The notes beneath the pieces were generated by a model, which was not told the DNA's origin, made no database searches, and saw nothing but the letters and a program-made list of their open reading frames with translations. Positions 50,860 through 63,198 of a DNA stretch of 64,000 nt are shown here, piece by piece. Location: NCBI GenBank assembly GCA_021432655.1, contig MU271184.1, forward strand, positions 186,001 to 250,000, given 5' to 3'. This stretch comes from Atractiella rhizophila. Taxonomy: Eukaryota. The first letter of the stretch is position 1; each line of letters starts with the position of its first letter. A program made the translations under genes and the position numbers.

Positions 50860-51600
50860 TGTTGAAATAGTAAGTATGGCTAGCTAGGTTTTGGCAAGCG
50901 AGTGCCTGAGGCTCAAAACATACTGATATATGGGAGTATTACTTCTCATTCAGAGTGTCACTGTTTCTGTTGTTATTATATAATGTTGGAAGTGAATACT
51001 GCTTCAAACAGCTACTTGCTTAATACTTTGGAGTCAAATAGTCTAGAACTTTCAAGAAAAGTAATGTAGTAAGATTTAAGGAAAAAGCAAGAACTGGTAG
51101 CCAAAGGAGAACATTCTAGAATTGCCACTCAAGTAAGATGGCAGGATGAATCATGAACGACAACACACCTCCTCAGACTACCCTCAATCCCATCTCTTTG
51201 CAAAACTTCTCCACCTTTTGTCTTGTTAATGCCTTCATGAAGATGTCTACAAAGTTTTCCTGTGTGGGATGTATGTGACTGAAAAGCTCACATCTCAACT
51301 TGATTATGGATGAAATGATGAATGATATCAACATGTCTCATGTGTCAGTGGAATTCTGGGTTGTAAGCGAGAGCAATGGCTCCTTGATTGTCACAGAATA
51401 GTGTGGTGGTCTCGTTTTTTTTGGATTCCTAGGCCCGTAAAGAGCTTTCAAAGCCAAATAACTTTGCAAGCAGCATATAAGAGGGCGACATGTTCAGCTG
51501 CCATCGTCGACATTGCAGTTGTGGTCTGTTTCTTTGCAGACCAGGATATTGCACCTCCTGAAAGTAAATAAGCATATCCAGATAGCCTTCCTTCCATTCA
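50860..51600 (-). mobile_element. Old Copia 3' remnant (RNase H, PPT, 3' LTR 50860-51165)
   Basis: YAYLLSGGAISWSAKKQTTTAMSTMAAEHVAL. Purine tract TGAGGAGGTG abuts TGTTG at 51165; opposite end TTTCAACA at 50860. Confidence 0.7.
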
Positions 51601-53255
51601 ATTCACTTGAATTTCCATGTTAATACATATATGTGGAAGCGGACGAGAAACCATAATCCGGAACTGTCTCATAACGGGGCATGATACTTATACTTGCAGA
51701 AGGCAGAAACAAACGTGACCATAGCTTGCTGATGACCCTGATCTTGGTGGAAACTATATACCCTGGTTGAAGGTTGTATGCTTAAGATCTGAGCATTCTG
51801 AACTCTGTGCATATTGTAAACCTGGCTGCATTAGTAGTAGAGGGAACCCAAATTCATGTTTTGCCAATGTAGTGTCAGGATGTTCATGTTTGTAACCTAG
51901 TACACATCGTAACAGTGGTCAAACTTCCTCCTGATTTCCGCATCACGAAGGATTTGGACAAGATAGCCTGCAGTCTGATCTTAGTCATCACTTTCCACAA
52001 TTTCATCATGATATGTTACCTTCATTTTGCATAACTTGAGCACGATCGTTTGAGAGGGAGAGAAATCAAACTCTTCGTGGGAGAAGTTTTCACGATACAA
52101 ACCCTTCCAAAGAACTATATCCTTACCCATCACACTCCCCACTCCATGAGCATGACTGTCTTAGCGGTGAGAGCCAGTTAGTGATTGTTTTCACCTGTTG
52201 TCGATTCATCTAACATAGTTGCCAGCAATGGTAAAGTGTATAATATTCAGCCAAGCTCTGCTGACTCCACCGTCAGTAGCAGGTTCCAGAGTGCCAGTCT
52301 CACCTTAAGGCCATGGATCAATTTTGCTGGAACCATCATGAACTGATCCAATGGAGTCGCACCACTTCCAGCCCAGCTGCCCAGTCATTTCTGGCGAGAT
52401 TTGAGGGGGATAATATGTTGTTATGGTAGCCTTTCGTCATTTATGCAAATGGTGTTGGTTAGAGACGAAAGGGAGTTGTTGTACAGCTAGTGGAGTGAAA
52501 AGGAACATCAATGGCGGCTCACTGCAGCTTGCCTCAAGGTATGTAAAGCCAATGTGGGGGACTTGAACTCACAAGGGCCTTCTTTCAGAAGCGCACTACA
52601 GAGCTTATTGGCCATTTCACTCCCTTGTTATGACTTGCTTCAATTTTACCAATCTTTCTTTCATCTTTTGTATTTCAAGTTCACTGCCAATCAACTTTGA
52701 ACATATAGATGGAAATCTCACCCTCATCATTTAATATTTGAGTTCCCACACTGCAGGACGATAGACCAGGTGAGCAGTATCCTTTTTCCATCAAAGCAAA
52801 GAGCTTTGTACTGATTACAGCTGAACAGTGCTTATCACAGTTCAATCTGCTACTCCAACAATGGTCTCCATCTTCAACTGAGTATGTTGGTTTCTATTTT
52901 GCATGATTTTTTTGCAGCTCAACAAGTCATAGAATGCTCAACCTGACCTTGCTGCCCGTCTCTCTCTACATTTATTTGCTTGAAGTGCCCATATTGCTGC
53001 CATTAAAACTGTCCACTACCCCTGCACCTTGGGCAAGTGTCAGGAGGGCTTTGGTCGTAAACTGGTCATAGAAATGTAGCCTAAGTGCAGTCTGACCATG
53101 TTTTTGACTCTCCTGTAAATGAGCATGAGTAACTACCATGGATGTTGCGATGACAAGATGCGTTAACGAGCCAAAGTTTGCTTCAGCCACAAATCAGGTC
53201 ACATACTTCATGATAACATTAAACGTGACCACAATCACAAACTAAGTATAGAGCT

Positions 53256-53592
53256 TGCAGAGTAACAGCTTATTGGAACGTAATCAATCATCGTGTCTGC
53301 ACTCTCCTCCAACATCTTCAATCCCTCTGTTGTAAAGGCACTGTGCAAACAGGTGCTAGAGACCTATACTTGGAAGAAGGCTGGGAATAAGAAGGGAAAC
53401 TGGCTTGTGGACTGGGAAACAATGTGGACAAGTCAATCGGTCAATGATACAGTGGAGAAATGGAAGAAATAAAGTATACGGGAGAAGAGGGGCAACTATT
53501 CTTTGCTGCCCAAGTTTTAGAATATAGAAAATTGTTAACCGAGCCTTGACAGAGGGGTATGCTATTCTGTACTGATTTTAAAGTCTCCGGGT
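53256..53592 (+). repeat. Diverged copy of ~40953-41294 (transposase 5' part)
   Basis: Shared runs such as GAAGGCTGGGAATAAGAAGGGAAACTGGCTTGTGGACTGGGAAACAATGTGGACAA. Confidence 0.92.
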
Positions 53593-53899
53593 TTTATGGT
53601 GAGACTTAAGCAACCTGGGGTGACGGTCTCAAAGAAGCTTTGGCTAGGGGCTTCAAAGTTCAAGTAGCTGTTGCTCCAGTGAGGACTTCTGGGATGACAT
53701 CACAAGAGTACAGAGAGGAGAAGCAACGGTCATCTAAATGCCAGCTCATGACTGAGGAGGAAAGCTGGGGCGTTCAATAAGTGCTACTTCGCCATTGAGT
53801 ATTTGCACATGTTTTGCCCTTTTGCTTTTCACTTTTCTCTGTCTGAACAAACCGTAAACAGCTTCCAAGTATGCCCAAAGACCATCAATTCTATCCGGA

Positions 53900-55130
53900 A
53901 ATTAGCTAGGTTGTCTGAACCATGTAGAAACAACTTGCGCTTTAATATCAGCCTCATCCAAGGTAAAGTTGACAGCTGTGGCTAGCTCACACATGCTTTC
54001 AACCTTTGTCGGCCCAAAGATTGGAGCTGTAACTCCAGGCTTGTACAACAACTACGTGATTGCAATTTACCTTTCCATCAGCCAAAATTCCATCTGGGTC
54101 GATGACGCCATACCCACGCCATGGACACCCTGTTCTTCCTTGTCAACTGTTCTACCGTGCTCACAATCTTCTTATCACTTTCCCCAGTAGCATCTTTCAC
54201 AATAAGGTTGAGGAACTTATCCGACTTTCCTCTTTCCATGGTTTTGTTTTGAGCCCAAGGTCGCATGAGGAGACCTCGACCTACGTCCCAGAGCGCCATG
54301 TGCATCGTTTCATCTCACAGAGGGATGGAGGTGAGGCTGTGATCAACATACCCAGTGGACTTCAAGGAGTATAGCCAACTCCGAACTCTTGAGAGTGGGT
54401 ATCATCTCCCTTTCTTCCTCAAGATAGTTAGCTGAATAATGGTTCTGCACGCTGATGAAAGGGGTAAGGTTTTTCAATTAGCATAGTTCTGTATGGCATG
54501 GAACTCATAGGCATGATAGGAAGACTGATGGATTCATACTCAGACATGTAGATCGTGAAAAGCGAGCTGGGTGAAAGTCATAAAATGCACCATCCCAATG
54601 TATCACAACCATCCTTTCTGGACCACATCATGCAAAACTTTGCATTATTTCTTTAATTGGCTTTTCATAGTCAAACCTATGGCCTTTAACACAAAAAGTC
54701 TTTAGTTCTTCCAAGATGGTGTCACGGATAGATGGACATTGCAGCAAGTCGATGTATTCCAGCTTCAAAAGCTTCAAGGATGCTTGCACACTGGCAAAAT
54801 ATGCTTTCGGCTCGAACCATGTTGATTATACCCAAAAATTGGTTCATGAAATAGAGAAAGCAAGAGAACGAAAGGATGTGTACTTGACATGGCCCGAATC
54901 GTCGGGGTTTCCAGGACAACTTGCCATAATTCTTCCCCAGCTCGTCATGAACTGTAGAGTATAACTGTTCCTCAATCAAAAATGGTTTGGAAAACGGAAG
55001 AGTGAGAAGAACCTTCGTCATGACCACGATGGTCTCCCTCGGTATCTTCAACTGCTCAATCATGTTCCCGGAATAACTTCCGAGAGACCAGAAGAATAGA
55101 CTGATCCCATGACCGTTGAGCTGCATCCCC
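53900..55130 (-). pseudogene. Aldo-keto reductase (aryl-alcohol dehydrogenase-like) pseudogene
   Basis: LKIPRETIVVMTKV, NQHGSSRKHI/FASVQASLKLLKLEYIDLLQC, LHDVVQKGWL*YIGM, AYEFHAIQNYA, LTPFISVQNHYS..EEREMIPTLK, GLLMRPW, KPGVTAPIFGPTK. Introns retained; stops and frameshifts present. Confidence 0.88.
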
Positions 55131-55169
55131 GAATTAAAAATCAAACAAACCATTGGTGGTACTAGAAAG

Positions 55170-56196
55170 TGAAGTCACCACTATCTTCTATTTGGAACTT
55201 CATAAAATGGAACCAGTCTCCATCTTCTACAAATATTGATGTGGAAGTACAACCACCGCCAGTTCCTCTGCCCACATATGTCTCCCAATCTCGTACGTCA
55301 CATACCTTTACTTCAGCAACAGGCACTTCGTTTGCAGGTTATCAGGAGAAGAGTATAATTCAAATGTACTCTGATGCCTTCTGGAAGTTTGCAACCTGCT
55401 AACTCCAGTTCAAAGCTACTTCTTCAATGACAGAGAAGCAGCTGAAGTTGTTTGCTGAGAACTTTAATAACCCCTAGCTTATCTTGAGCCCTGCATATTA
55501 CCATATAGAAAAGGGTGTTCTGAACAACAAAATCATTCGTGATGGTTTGGTGCTCAAAAACAGTTTATTGGCAATCGAGAAGTAGATTGCTAGTCACATT
55601 CCCAGAGTAGCCAGAGGAGACTGTGAGTTTGAATGCTTTCATTGACAAGAAAAGGAATTTACTAACAATGTGTTGAGCAGCAATCAAACCATTCTGGAAA
55701 CTACAAACGACACTCCCTCTGCGAGTGAAAGTGACATACACAAAGCCAACAAAGAAGGGCAAACTTGGAGCTGTAAAGACTTGTGGTTGATGCAAGAAGC
55801 AAAAGGATGGCTATGGTGAGAAGAATACAAACAATTACAAGCGGGACCTCTGTGACGACAACTTTCCGCATTGGTCCAAGGTTCTGTACCCACTGCCCAA
55901 GACCAACTTACACAATGTCCCACTCTGCATGAATATGTTGGGGAAGTGGAGCATAGACGAGATTGTGGTAAAGAAGTTTTTCACGTATATCAAGGATGGC
56001 AAAGTGCCAGATGTCGATCGACCAGTAGAGATATCAACATGCGAGTTTTTTTGGCAATGACATGGGTAGAGGAAAAGATGGACTGGGTTTTGACAAAACA
56101 AAGGTTGCATACTGAAGTGGGGAAGAGAAAGTAGTGCTGCACTTAGTGAGTAGTCAGATACAAATGGCTATCTTTTGTGATTTCAGTCTGGGACAT
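55170..56196 (+). repeat. Diverged copy of ~43672-44697 (transposase 3' part)
   Basis: About 1 kb collinear match, e.g. CTTCTTCAATGACAGAGAAGCAGCTGAAGTTGTTTGCTGAGAACTTTAATAACCCCTAG in both. Both end TTCAGTCTGGGACA. Confidence 0.95.
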
Positions 56197-58761
56197 ATGA
56201 AGCTAAGTAATCGATCACATATTCTGTCTTCTTCCTTCCATGGTAACTGTAGCTAGACGAAATCAAACCCATACTTCAAGCAACTCATTACACAGAGTCA
56301 AAGTGGAACCGATCGAACAATCGAAGGAGTTTAAACCACGGATGCTCACATATTACTACTACAACAACGGAGAACGGGGTGGCGAATATGTACGAAGAGA
56401 TTAAGAAGATGAATGTAAGATATCAAATGGAATGAAATGGGTAGTTATGGTTACGAGAAGTCGTTGAGGCGTGTGCCGGCGCCAGTTACATTGAGATGCG
56501 ATGAATCTGAGGCTTGTGAGGTGAGATGAGTTGGTAGAGAGCCAATCGAAGAATGAGGGAAGGAGGGAGGGAGGTCTTTATGAAGCGATGGAGAGATGGT
56601 GAGATTACTGGATGGGCCCATTGCACTTCGCGGTGTGACGATTGAAGTTTCCGATGGTATAATACCTCTTCCCACCTATCACACCACCGAGTCAGCAGTT
56701 CATTTTCATGAGAAAAGGAGGCAAGGAGGGGAAGATGACGCACAGAAAGGACAATAATACTCATTTTCTTGGGGCTTCGAGAGGCTAACGAAGAATTTCT
56801 TTCTGCAACCCGTGCGACCGCAGTCAGCAATGCAATGAAAAGCCACGAAAGAAAGGTAATAGGGATAACCACTCACATAGCTCCCAATCCAAAAGACGTC
56901 ATTACTGTTACTGTGGTCTGCTTGCTTGTTGCTAAACGCTTCCAGGACTGAGAGAACTCGAAATTCGAAGCTTCGTTGACTGGACTGACTTCTGACTTCT
57001 TCGGGACTGCAGCCTTTTAAAACGAACCCGTGCCGAACCCGACAGTTTGGATATTCCCGTCTTGTCGCAACCAACCCAGCGATCCCGGCCGTTTGGATCT
57101 CTCTTTTTTGTCAGACCTGCAGGTGGTGACGTGCTGGACGATGTGATGGTTGGGCGGTTGGGCACAAAGACGGATCGCTTAGGATCGCTGCCCCGAAGTT
57201 GGAATACGAACCAGAGATCGGGATCGGATGCCCATTCTCCTTCCTCCAGAGATGACCCAAGCTGACCTCACCATTCTTCCCAAGCCTACTTTTGGGCTTC
57301 CTGGTCTTGCACCAGCGTCAGAGGCAAGTGTAGCGACGTTTTCATTCTCTGTTGGATGGGTAGGGACTTCCGATCTGTCAGCTACTCTTTTCTCTTGTGT
57401 CAATCCTTACTTCGTGCCATCACGTCCTACTTCCACCACAACGATGTCCGTATAACCTCTGGAAGGCTGTCTCAATTCCTTATTGGAGGGAGCCTGATCC
57501 TGTGGCAAAGAAAGGCTCGCCTCCAACTGCTGGACGTTTCTGGGTCTGCGGCTTGAGTCCAATGTCACTGCTGAGAAGGTGCAAAAAGGTCATCGAATGT
57601 GCTCGCCGAATGTGATGAAAGCGGACTTAGACGCAATTTTGCAATGTCGAGGAGGCGAACACGCTGTTGAATGCAATCGAAGGCTTGAAATGAGTGCAGC
57701 GTCGTCAACTCGACTGTCGAGGGACCTCGATATGTTCTAAACGACGCTTTCCTGGAGATCCGTAATAAATGTCAACTTTTGAGCCTTTTGATCAGAAGAA
57801 GCTTCAGATCGCTTTGAATCCTGAATCATCTGACAAGTTGCATTGCATGACCTCGTCGACAACCTCTCAATACAAAGCCAGGAATATAACATGCAATATC
57901 CTTGTCCAAAGACTCTTCTGAAGAGTAAGCAAAAGTGACCCTGAATCTGAATCTGAATCGAATGCAGGAGCTGTGGGGACCAGTCGAGTAATTGTGGGAG
58001 GTTGTTATCTCCTGCCCAGTATATCTGTTAATGCGTAGTCAAGATCGTGCGAAAAGCTGCGAAGCACGCGAAGTGTTGGTTGTTACAAATACATTTATGT
58101 TGAACCCAGATTGAGATGCTGAATTTTTGGGGGTTTCACTCGAGCTCACGCTTCGTGGTCGTCATTGCTCCACAACCGTCGTCACCTGCCAACATCTTAC
58201 GCAACATCTCCTCAACTGTGGAGCCTCGCTGCCAGATAGCGGGCTCGTCCTGCTAGCCTACACCTTCAACTTGAGCGGGTTGTGCCTGCAACTGGACTTT
58301 GAGGTGATCAACACCAGTCACTCGATTCTGGGTTCCCCATCTCAAACGAATACGCTGTAGCGCTACCTGAAGGCTTTTCCGATGCGCAACAGTATTCTCT
58401 TTTTCTCTTCTATTTCGTTCATAGTAACCTGACGGCGCTGAGGCCCTCACACGACCTCACACCGTGTTCCCGACGAGTATCACAATGTTCAAGATAGACC
58501 CCGGGATAAACTTGAAGGTAATCGACAGCTCAGCTGGACGACGGGAGTTTCGTCCGAAGAAATCGCCGCGAGTTCAAATGAAGGAGACAAATGCCCTGAA
58601 TTCGATGTTTCTCCCGAAAAGCAAAGCTTTCACGCTCAACTAGCAAATCGCTTCCAATACCAGCCTGAGCCTCTCTCGGATTGACTTGTTTGATCTAGGT
58701 ACATCCAACCCCAACCACCCATAGGCATCATTTGCCGATCGAAAAAGCTTCCGCTTAAGCT

Positions 58762-59026
58762 CACAGAAACATTTAAAGAAGATTTAGGTCGTGTATAATC
58801 TGGTCGATCCTTAGAATATTTAATATCTGATAGTAAACAATCACGAAAAAATAAAAAAATCGTAATTTTTACTAGGTAACATAGGATACTTCTCGAAAAT
58901 AGGTAAAATAATATTCTTTAAATGAAATTTATTTCGAATACGACAATAGGCAATATTATCTTTTTTTAAATTAATAGTTCCAACACCTAGTAATGATTTA
59001 ATAAAATAAAGTAATTGAATATCACG
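58762..59026 (-). pseudogene. LAGLIDADG homing endonuclease fragment
   Basis: RDIQLLYFIKSLLGVGTI..RIRNKFHLKNIILPIFEKYPML.SKNYDF is typical of fungal mitochondrial LAGLIDADG ORFs. Confidence 0.85.
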
Positions 59027-59488
59027 TCCCTCCATACCACCAGCCACTGGATCTACATTTAGATTAGGTTATAATATATCTATATAAAACTGCTCAAGTT
59101 GTGTAACTTGAGTAGGAGTTGAACCTACAGGAAGGATATGTAATGTTAATTCAAGATTGTTATACCCATATTTTTTAAAATATCGATATACACGACGTTT
59201 TCCACTACCAATAATAGATGGCATGAAGTAGGATGACACTCGATAGTAGAGATTAGTTGCACCTCCTACATATATAGCACCTGTAACTCTATCAGTAAAA
59301 ACATATACACCAGACATACCTTTACCATGTTGAATAATAACCTTACGATTATAATATGGTTTATCAATAATAATAGTATTATGTGGATGAGGTGGTTGAT
59401 CACCATAAATGTTATTACCTATATAAGGGTAAACATTTTGGCTTTTACAATTGAGATATTTAGAGATTTCTTTAAATAACATTAAGTT
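59027..59488 (-). pseudogene. Intron-encoded GIY-YIG endonuclease fragment, in frame with the cox1 exon
   Basis: [29 protein letters not shown]...[14 protein letters not shown]; one stop at 59069. Confidence 0.88.
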
Positions 59489-59630
59489 AACCATAAAAAA
59501 AAATATTAAAATAGCATGAGCTGTAATAATTGCATTAAATAATTGATGGTTTCCTATTAAAATTTGTGAACCTGGTGATGATAATTCTATTCTAATTAAA
59601 ATAGAAAATGCTAAACCCAATACCCCGAAG
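59489..59630 (-). pseudogene. cox1: Mitochondrial cytochrome c oxidase subunit 1 exon fragment
   Basis: [46 protein letters not shown]. Exon ends in T, as expected before a group I intron. Confidence 0.93.
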
Positions 59631-62600
59631 AAAGACGCCAAAAATCGAATAAGCGCGACCAAGGTCTCGTTTGAAGAAAAGTCTGGGTGGAAAACCTGAC
59701 GGCTCGTAAGCAGCCTCCGTCCAACATGATGATCAACTGTAGAGCCCATTTTGGCGAGTGAAGAAGTGTAGAAGCCCCATGGACAAAAGTAAGATCCAAA
59801 GTTTGCGATCGGCAATTAAAGTTGGAGAAGGAACAAATGCTCTCGTTGCAAGAGGTGCGAAGAAAATGAAAAGGATTCATGAACTTCTACACCCAAAATA
59901 TCCAGTTCCTATGACTTTTGCACCACGCCTATAAGTCTAAGCGACATTCTGTTTGCCCCATGGTTTCAACTAGTTTCAATGGACAAGTTCATTGTCATCA
60001 CTAGTCAGTGCCTTCTGCAGCTTTGTTTCATGAATTGGAAGGACCCGGTACCTCTAATTAAAGCACAAAGCTGACAATAGAGCAATAAGTGTACACATCA
60101 AACTGAATGGAAGCCAAGGCACACTTTGAGAATAGTACATCTGAGAACATGTACCTCACCCACCAAATACTTATCCTCCACCCTTCTACCATTGTCATGA
60201 ACTGTTCTAAACTTCTGCATGACATACTCTGAAAAGTTTGTTGTCTGCTTCAGCTTCTTCCCATCTCCATCAAGCTTATACTTGTCAGGACGGACGTAAA
60301 GATGTGTATGAACGTGAGGGTCAGGTCGCGTAACGCTCTTAGAAGAATAGATGCACGGAGAGGTCACACTTGTGAAAATGCTGCAAATTCATGAGACATC
60401 TCTGTTCCTCTTTATGAAGAGAGAAGACGTACCGAGATTCAGGGAAGCAATGAGTACGGCCTTCAAGTCATCGAATTACTTCTATCTCTTGCAATCGAAT
60501 AGCGGACTTACTGGAACAGCACATTGGATGGAGCGTTTGATCAGTGTGAAGATGAGGTTGCGAGTTCTGGAATCGTGTAAGCTTAGCGATCGTTTGGAGA
60601 TATCAATAAGTAATCCTACTGAGGCAAAATAGCCTTTTTTGTTTGTGTGAGGAGAAAGTAAGCCGTGCACGCGGCGATGAGGATGTCGCCTGCTAATACA
60701 CCGCTAGATTCAAGCGTTTGAGCCTACCTGTTCGATTTGTGAAAGGGACGGTATCGCACCTGTAGTGATCAGCGAACCAGCGTGCGAGAGTCTGCGGCCC
60801 TTACCCTTAGACACTGCACTGCCTAAAGGTTTCACTCACCGCAATGATGATTGAAATATACGAGAAAATGAGGACCGCGACGATGATCGCTATAACCCAC
60901 CACTTCCTACAGATTATGTATAATGGATATAAGAAGTAAGCTTGACTGTTTTACCATTCACAGTTGTCAGTCCTCCTCCTTGTTTGTTCGTAGCCCAGGC
61001 GTACACATAGAGACCGCAAGAGGCGTCCTTGCCGTGTATTAGCTGTCAGTAAAAAGAACGATGGATGGGAGACGTACTGTTAAAGTAAAGGCACTCTGCC
61101 ACCACTCTGTGTACGATAGGAAAATGGGGCCTTGCAGATCCTGTAAGCAGTTTTGGGACAATCGTTCTATCGTTGAAAGGACTCACCGTAAAAAAAGTCA
61201 CAAATTGGATCCAGCAGGTTACACTGACGAAAAGTGTCAAGCGGAGGAAGCTGGGAAGCTTTGAAAATGCTCACAAAGAATGAATGCTCTCCAGGAGCTG
61301 AGTGATGAGTAGTCCTGCGACAACGAGTTTCAGCCAACGACGATCGTCCTTGTAGTGCTGCTAATCTTAGCAGGTTCCATGAACTGTGTGCTAACCAGTG
61401 TGAAGAAGAATCGGCTTACAAGTGTGAAATTGTGCAAAGAAGGATGCCATAAAGAATGAACTCGAGTGAAAGACCTATAAACCAAGGGCCTTCCAACGAG
61501 GAGCATCAAGTCATGTTCGCCTGATCTCCCAGGCGGAGAGAAACTCACCAAGCAGTCGCCTCGACTGCTGTGAGATGTAATGGTAATGGTCAACCCGCTC
61601 ACATGCGGCAATACCTTCCTATTCTGGAAGCGGCTCCTGCCTAACTTGGAAGTGACATTGACCACTGTATACCTCACCACTCCCCCGTCTCTCTACACCT
61701 CTCCTGTCGGCTCCAAGCGCGTACAATCGATCGGAAGCAGAAGGGAAGATAACCGCATGGTATCTTAGCCTTATCCAGAAGCTGGAAGTGTCAGGATTTT
61801 GGCGCGTTGAGCGTCATTCATTGCCACCTGTTCTGTGGCTGTTTTTCTTGAACCTTCTGGACTTCCATGCTTACCAATGTTTGCCACCTTCTGTAAAAGT
61901 GTAAAAGCACTAGATTCTTTATCGTAATACTATGAACTTGTAATTTCATCAGGAAGGCAAGATCCGTCGATTCCCTGGCCGTTTGATTCCCTTCAGCTTC
62001 CTCTTCGTTCCATGCTTTCAGACTATTCTATATTTCTATCTACTTATGTATTACGGGTTTTCCCGCGATGTTGTTTGATCTTTTATCCGATTCATTGGCC
62101 TATAAAAGAGGCCTCACTTGTTAATATAAATTCATCTTATTCCTCATCATCTTACTTCGCACTCACAGCAGAAAGCGCAGTAAGAATCGAGGTAAGTTCC
62201 ACGGGCCGTAGAAGCGCCCCTGTAAGATCCATCGTCTTTATTCTGAGACCAAATAGCTTGGTAAGCGGCCCTACACTTCATAGCAAAAGCTGGTTCCTGT
62301 CTCTCCATTTCGTTCAAGCTCTCATTTATTGATTGAGCCTCTTAATTCTCGCTCTAGTCGAGCTAAAGGAACTCGCTTTTGCAGTAGAGTCTCACAACTG
62401 CTCGTACTCCTCATGCGTCAATGACAGCGTCATAAGAGGTGAATGGAAAGGCATCTTGCTCAACAGCACGAAATCAGCAGCAATGGAGAAGAGACATCCA
62501 AAGACAACGGGGCAGGAGAGATTGTGATTAGAAAGATCGTTATGATTATAAAGCTCGTTGCTATTTCTTCTGGTCACCACTTGGATCACTGAGGGACCCC

Positions 62601-62838
62601 AAGCGGGGGGTGCGGTAGCAAGTCGGGCAAGTATTCAAGTATAAAATTAGTTAGAATATATTATTATTATTAGTTTATTCTTAATGGTGCGTGGAGCCTC
62701 TCCATTTGGCGGTTGTTTTGAATGGCCATCGTTCCCACATCTTCGCGGGCGTTAATTTTGGTGTGGTTGTTCCGTCCAGCGGAGAGTACCCGAGGCGTGC
62801 CCACTTTCAACAGACCCCACATTTCGCGAAGTCGTCTC

Positions 62839-63072
62839 TGTTGAACCTGAGGTTCATCAGAAAGACAGGAAGAGGAAAAGATGAGTATTGCATGTGAGCG
62901 TGTGATAGGATGCTTACCTGAGGTTCATCAGAAAGACAGGAAGAGGAAAAGATGAACCTCAGGTAATGCGAACGAGACTAAACTACAGTAGCGGACGGAA
63001 CAGTCAGACGCGGAATGCGTAAGATGAACGGGAAACCAAAAACGAAAAGAGAAAAACAACCAAGCTTCAACA
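62839..63072 (-). mobile_element. Solo LTR of the Copia-1 family, long (234 bp) form
   Basis: Same sequence as the Copia-1 LTRs plus 71 bp. 5-bp TSD GTCTC at 62834-62838 and 63073-63077. Confidence 0.97.
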
Positions 63073-63198
63073 GTCTCCATGCCTTCCCGCTTCCTAAAAC
63101 GAATGTGGTAGCAAGACAGCGAATCTTGATTATTCTTAGGGGAACGAAGAGGACTCCGTCCAGCTCCATTCTTTGTTCTGGAATTCCGCTCTTCCTAT

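Larger units (their letters stand above)
58762..59630 (-). other. Nuclear mitochondrial insertion (NUMT)
   Basis: Abrupt AT-rich island containing a cox1 exon and two homing-endonuclease fragments. Borders approximate. Confidence 0.92.

Noticed and set aside
56240..56700. Possible solo LTR
   Set aside because: No convincing paired TG..CA ends with a TSD and no second copy in the window.
56700..58750. Possible decayed gene on the minus strand
   Set aside because: Fragmentary frames with no identifiable family.
59069..59815. 248-aa ORF as a functional nuclear cox1-endonuclease fusion gene
   Set aside because: The N-terminal part is unrelated flanking DNA that happens to be open; the mitochondrial part is truncated and has a stop.
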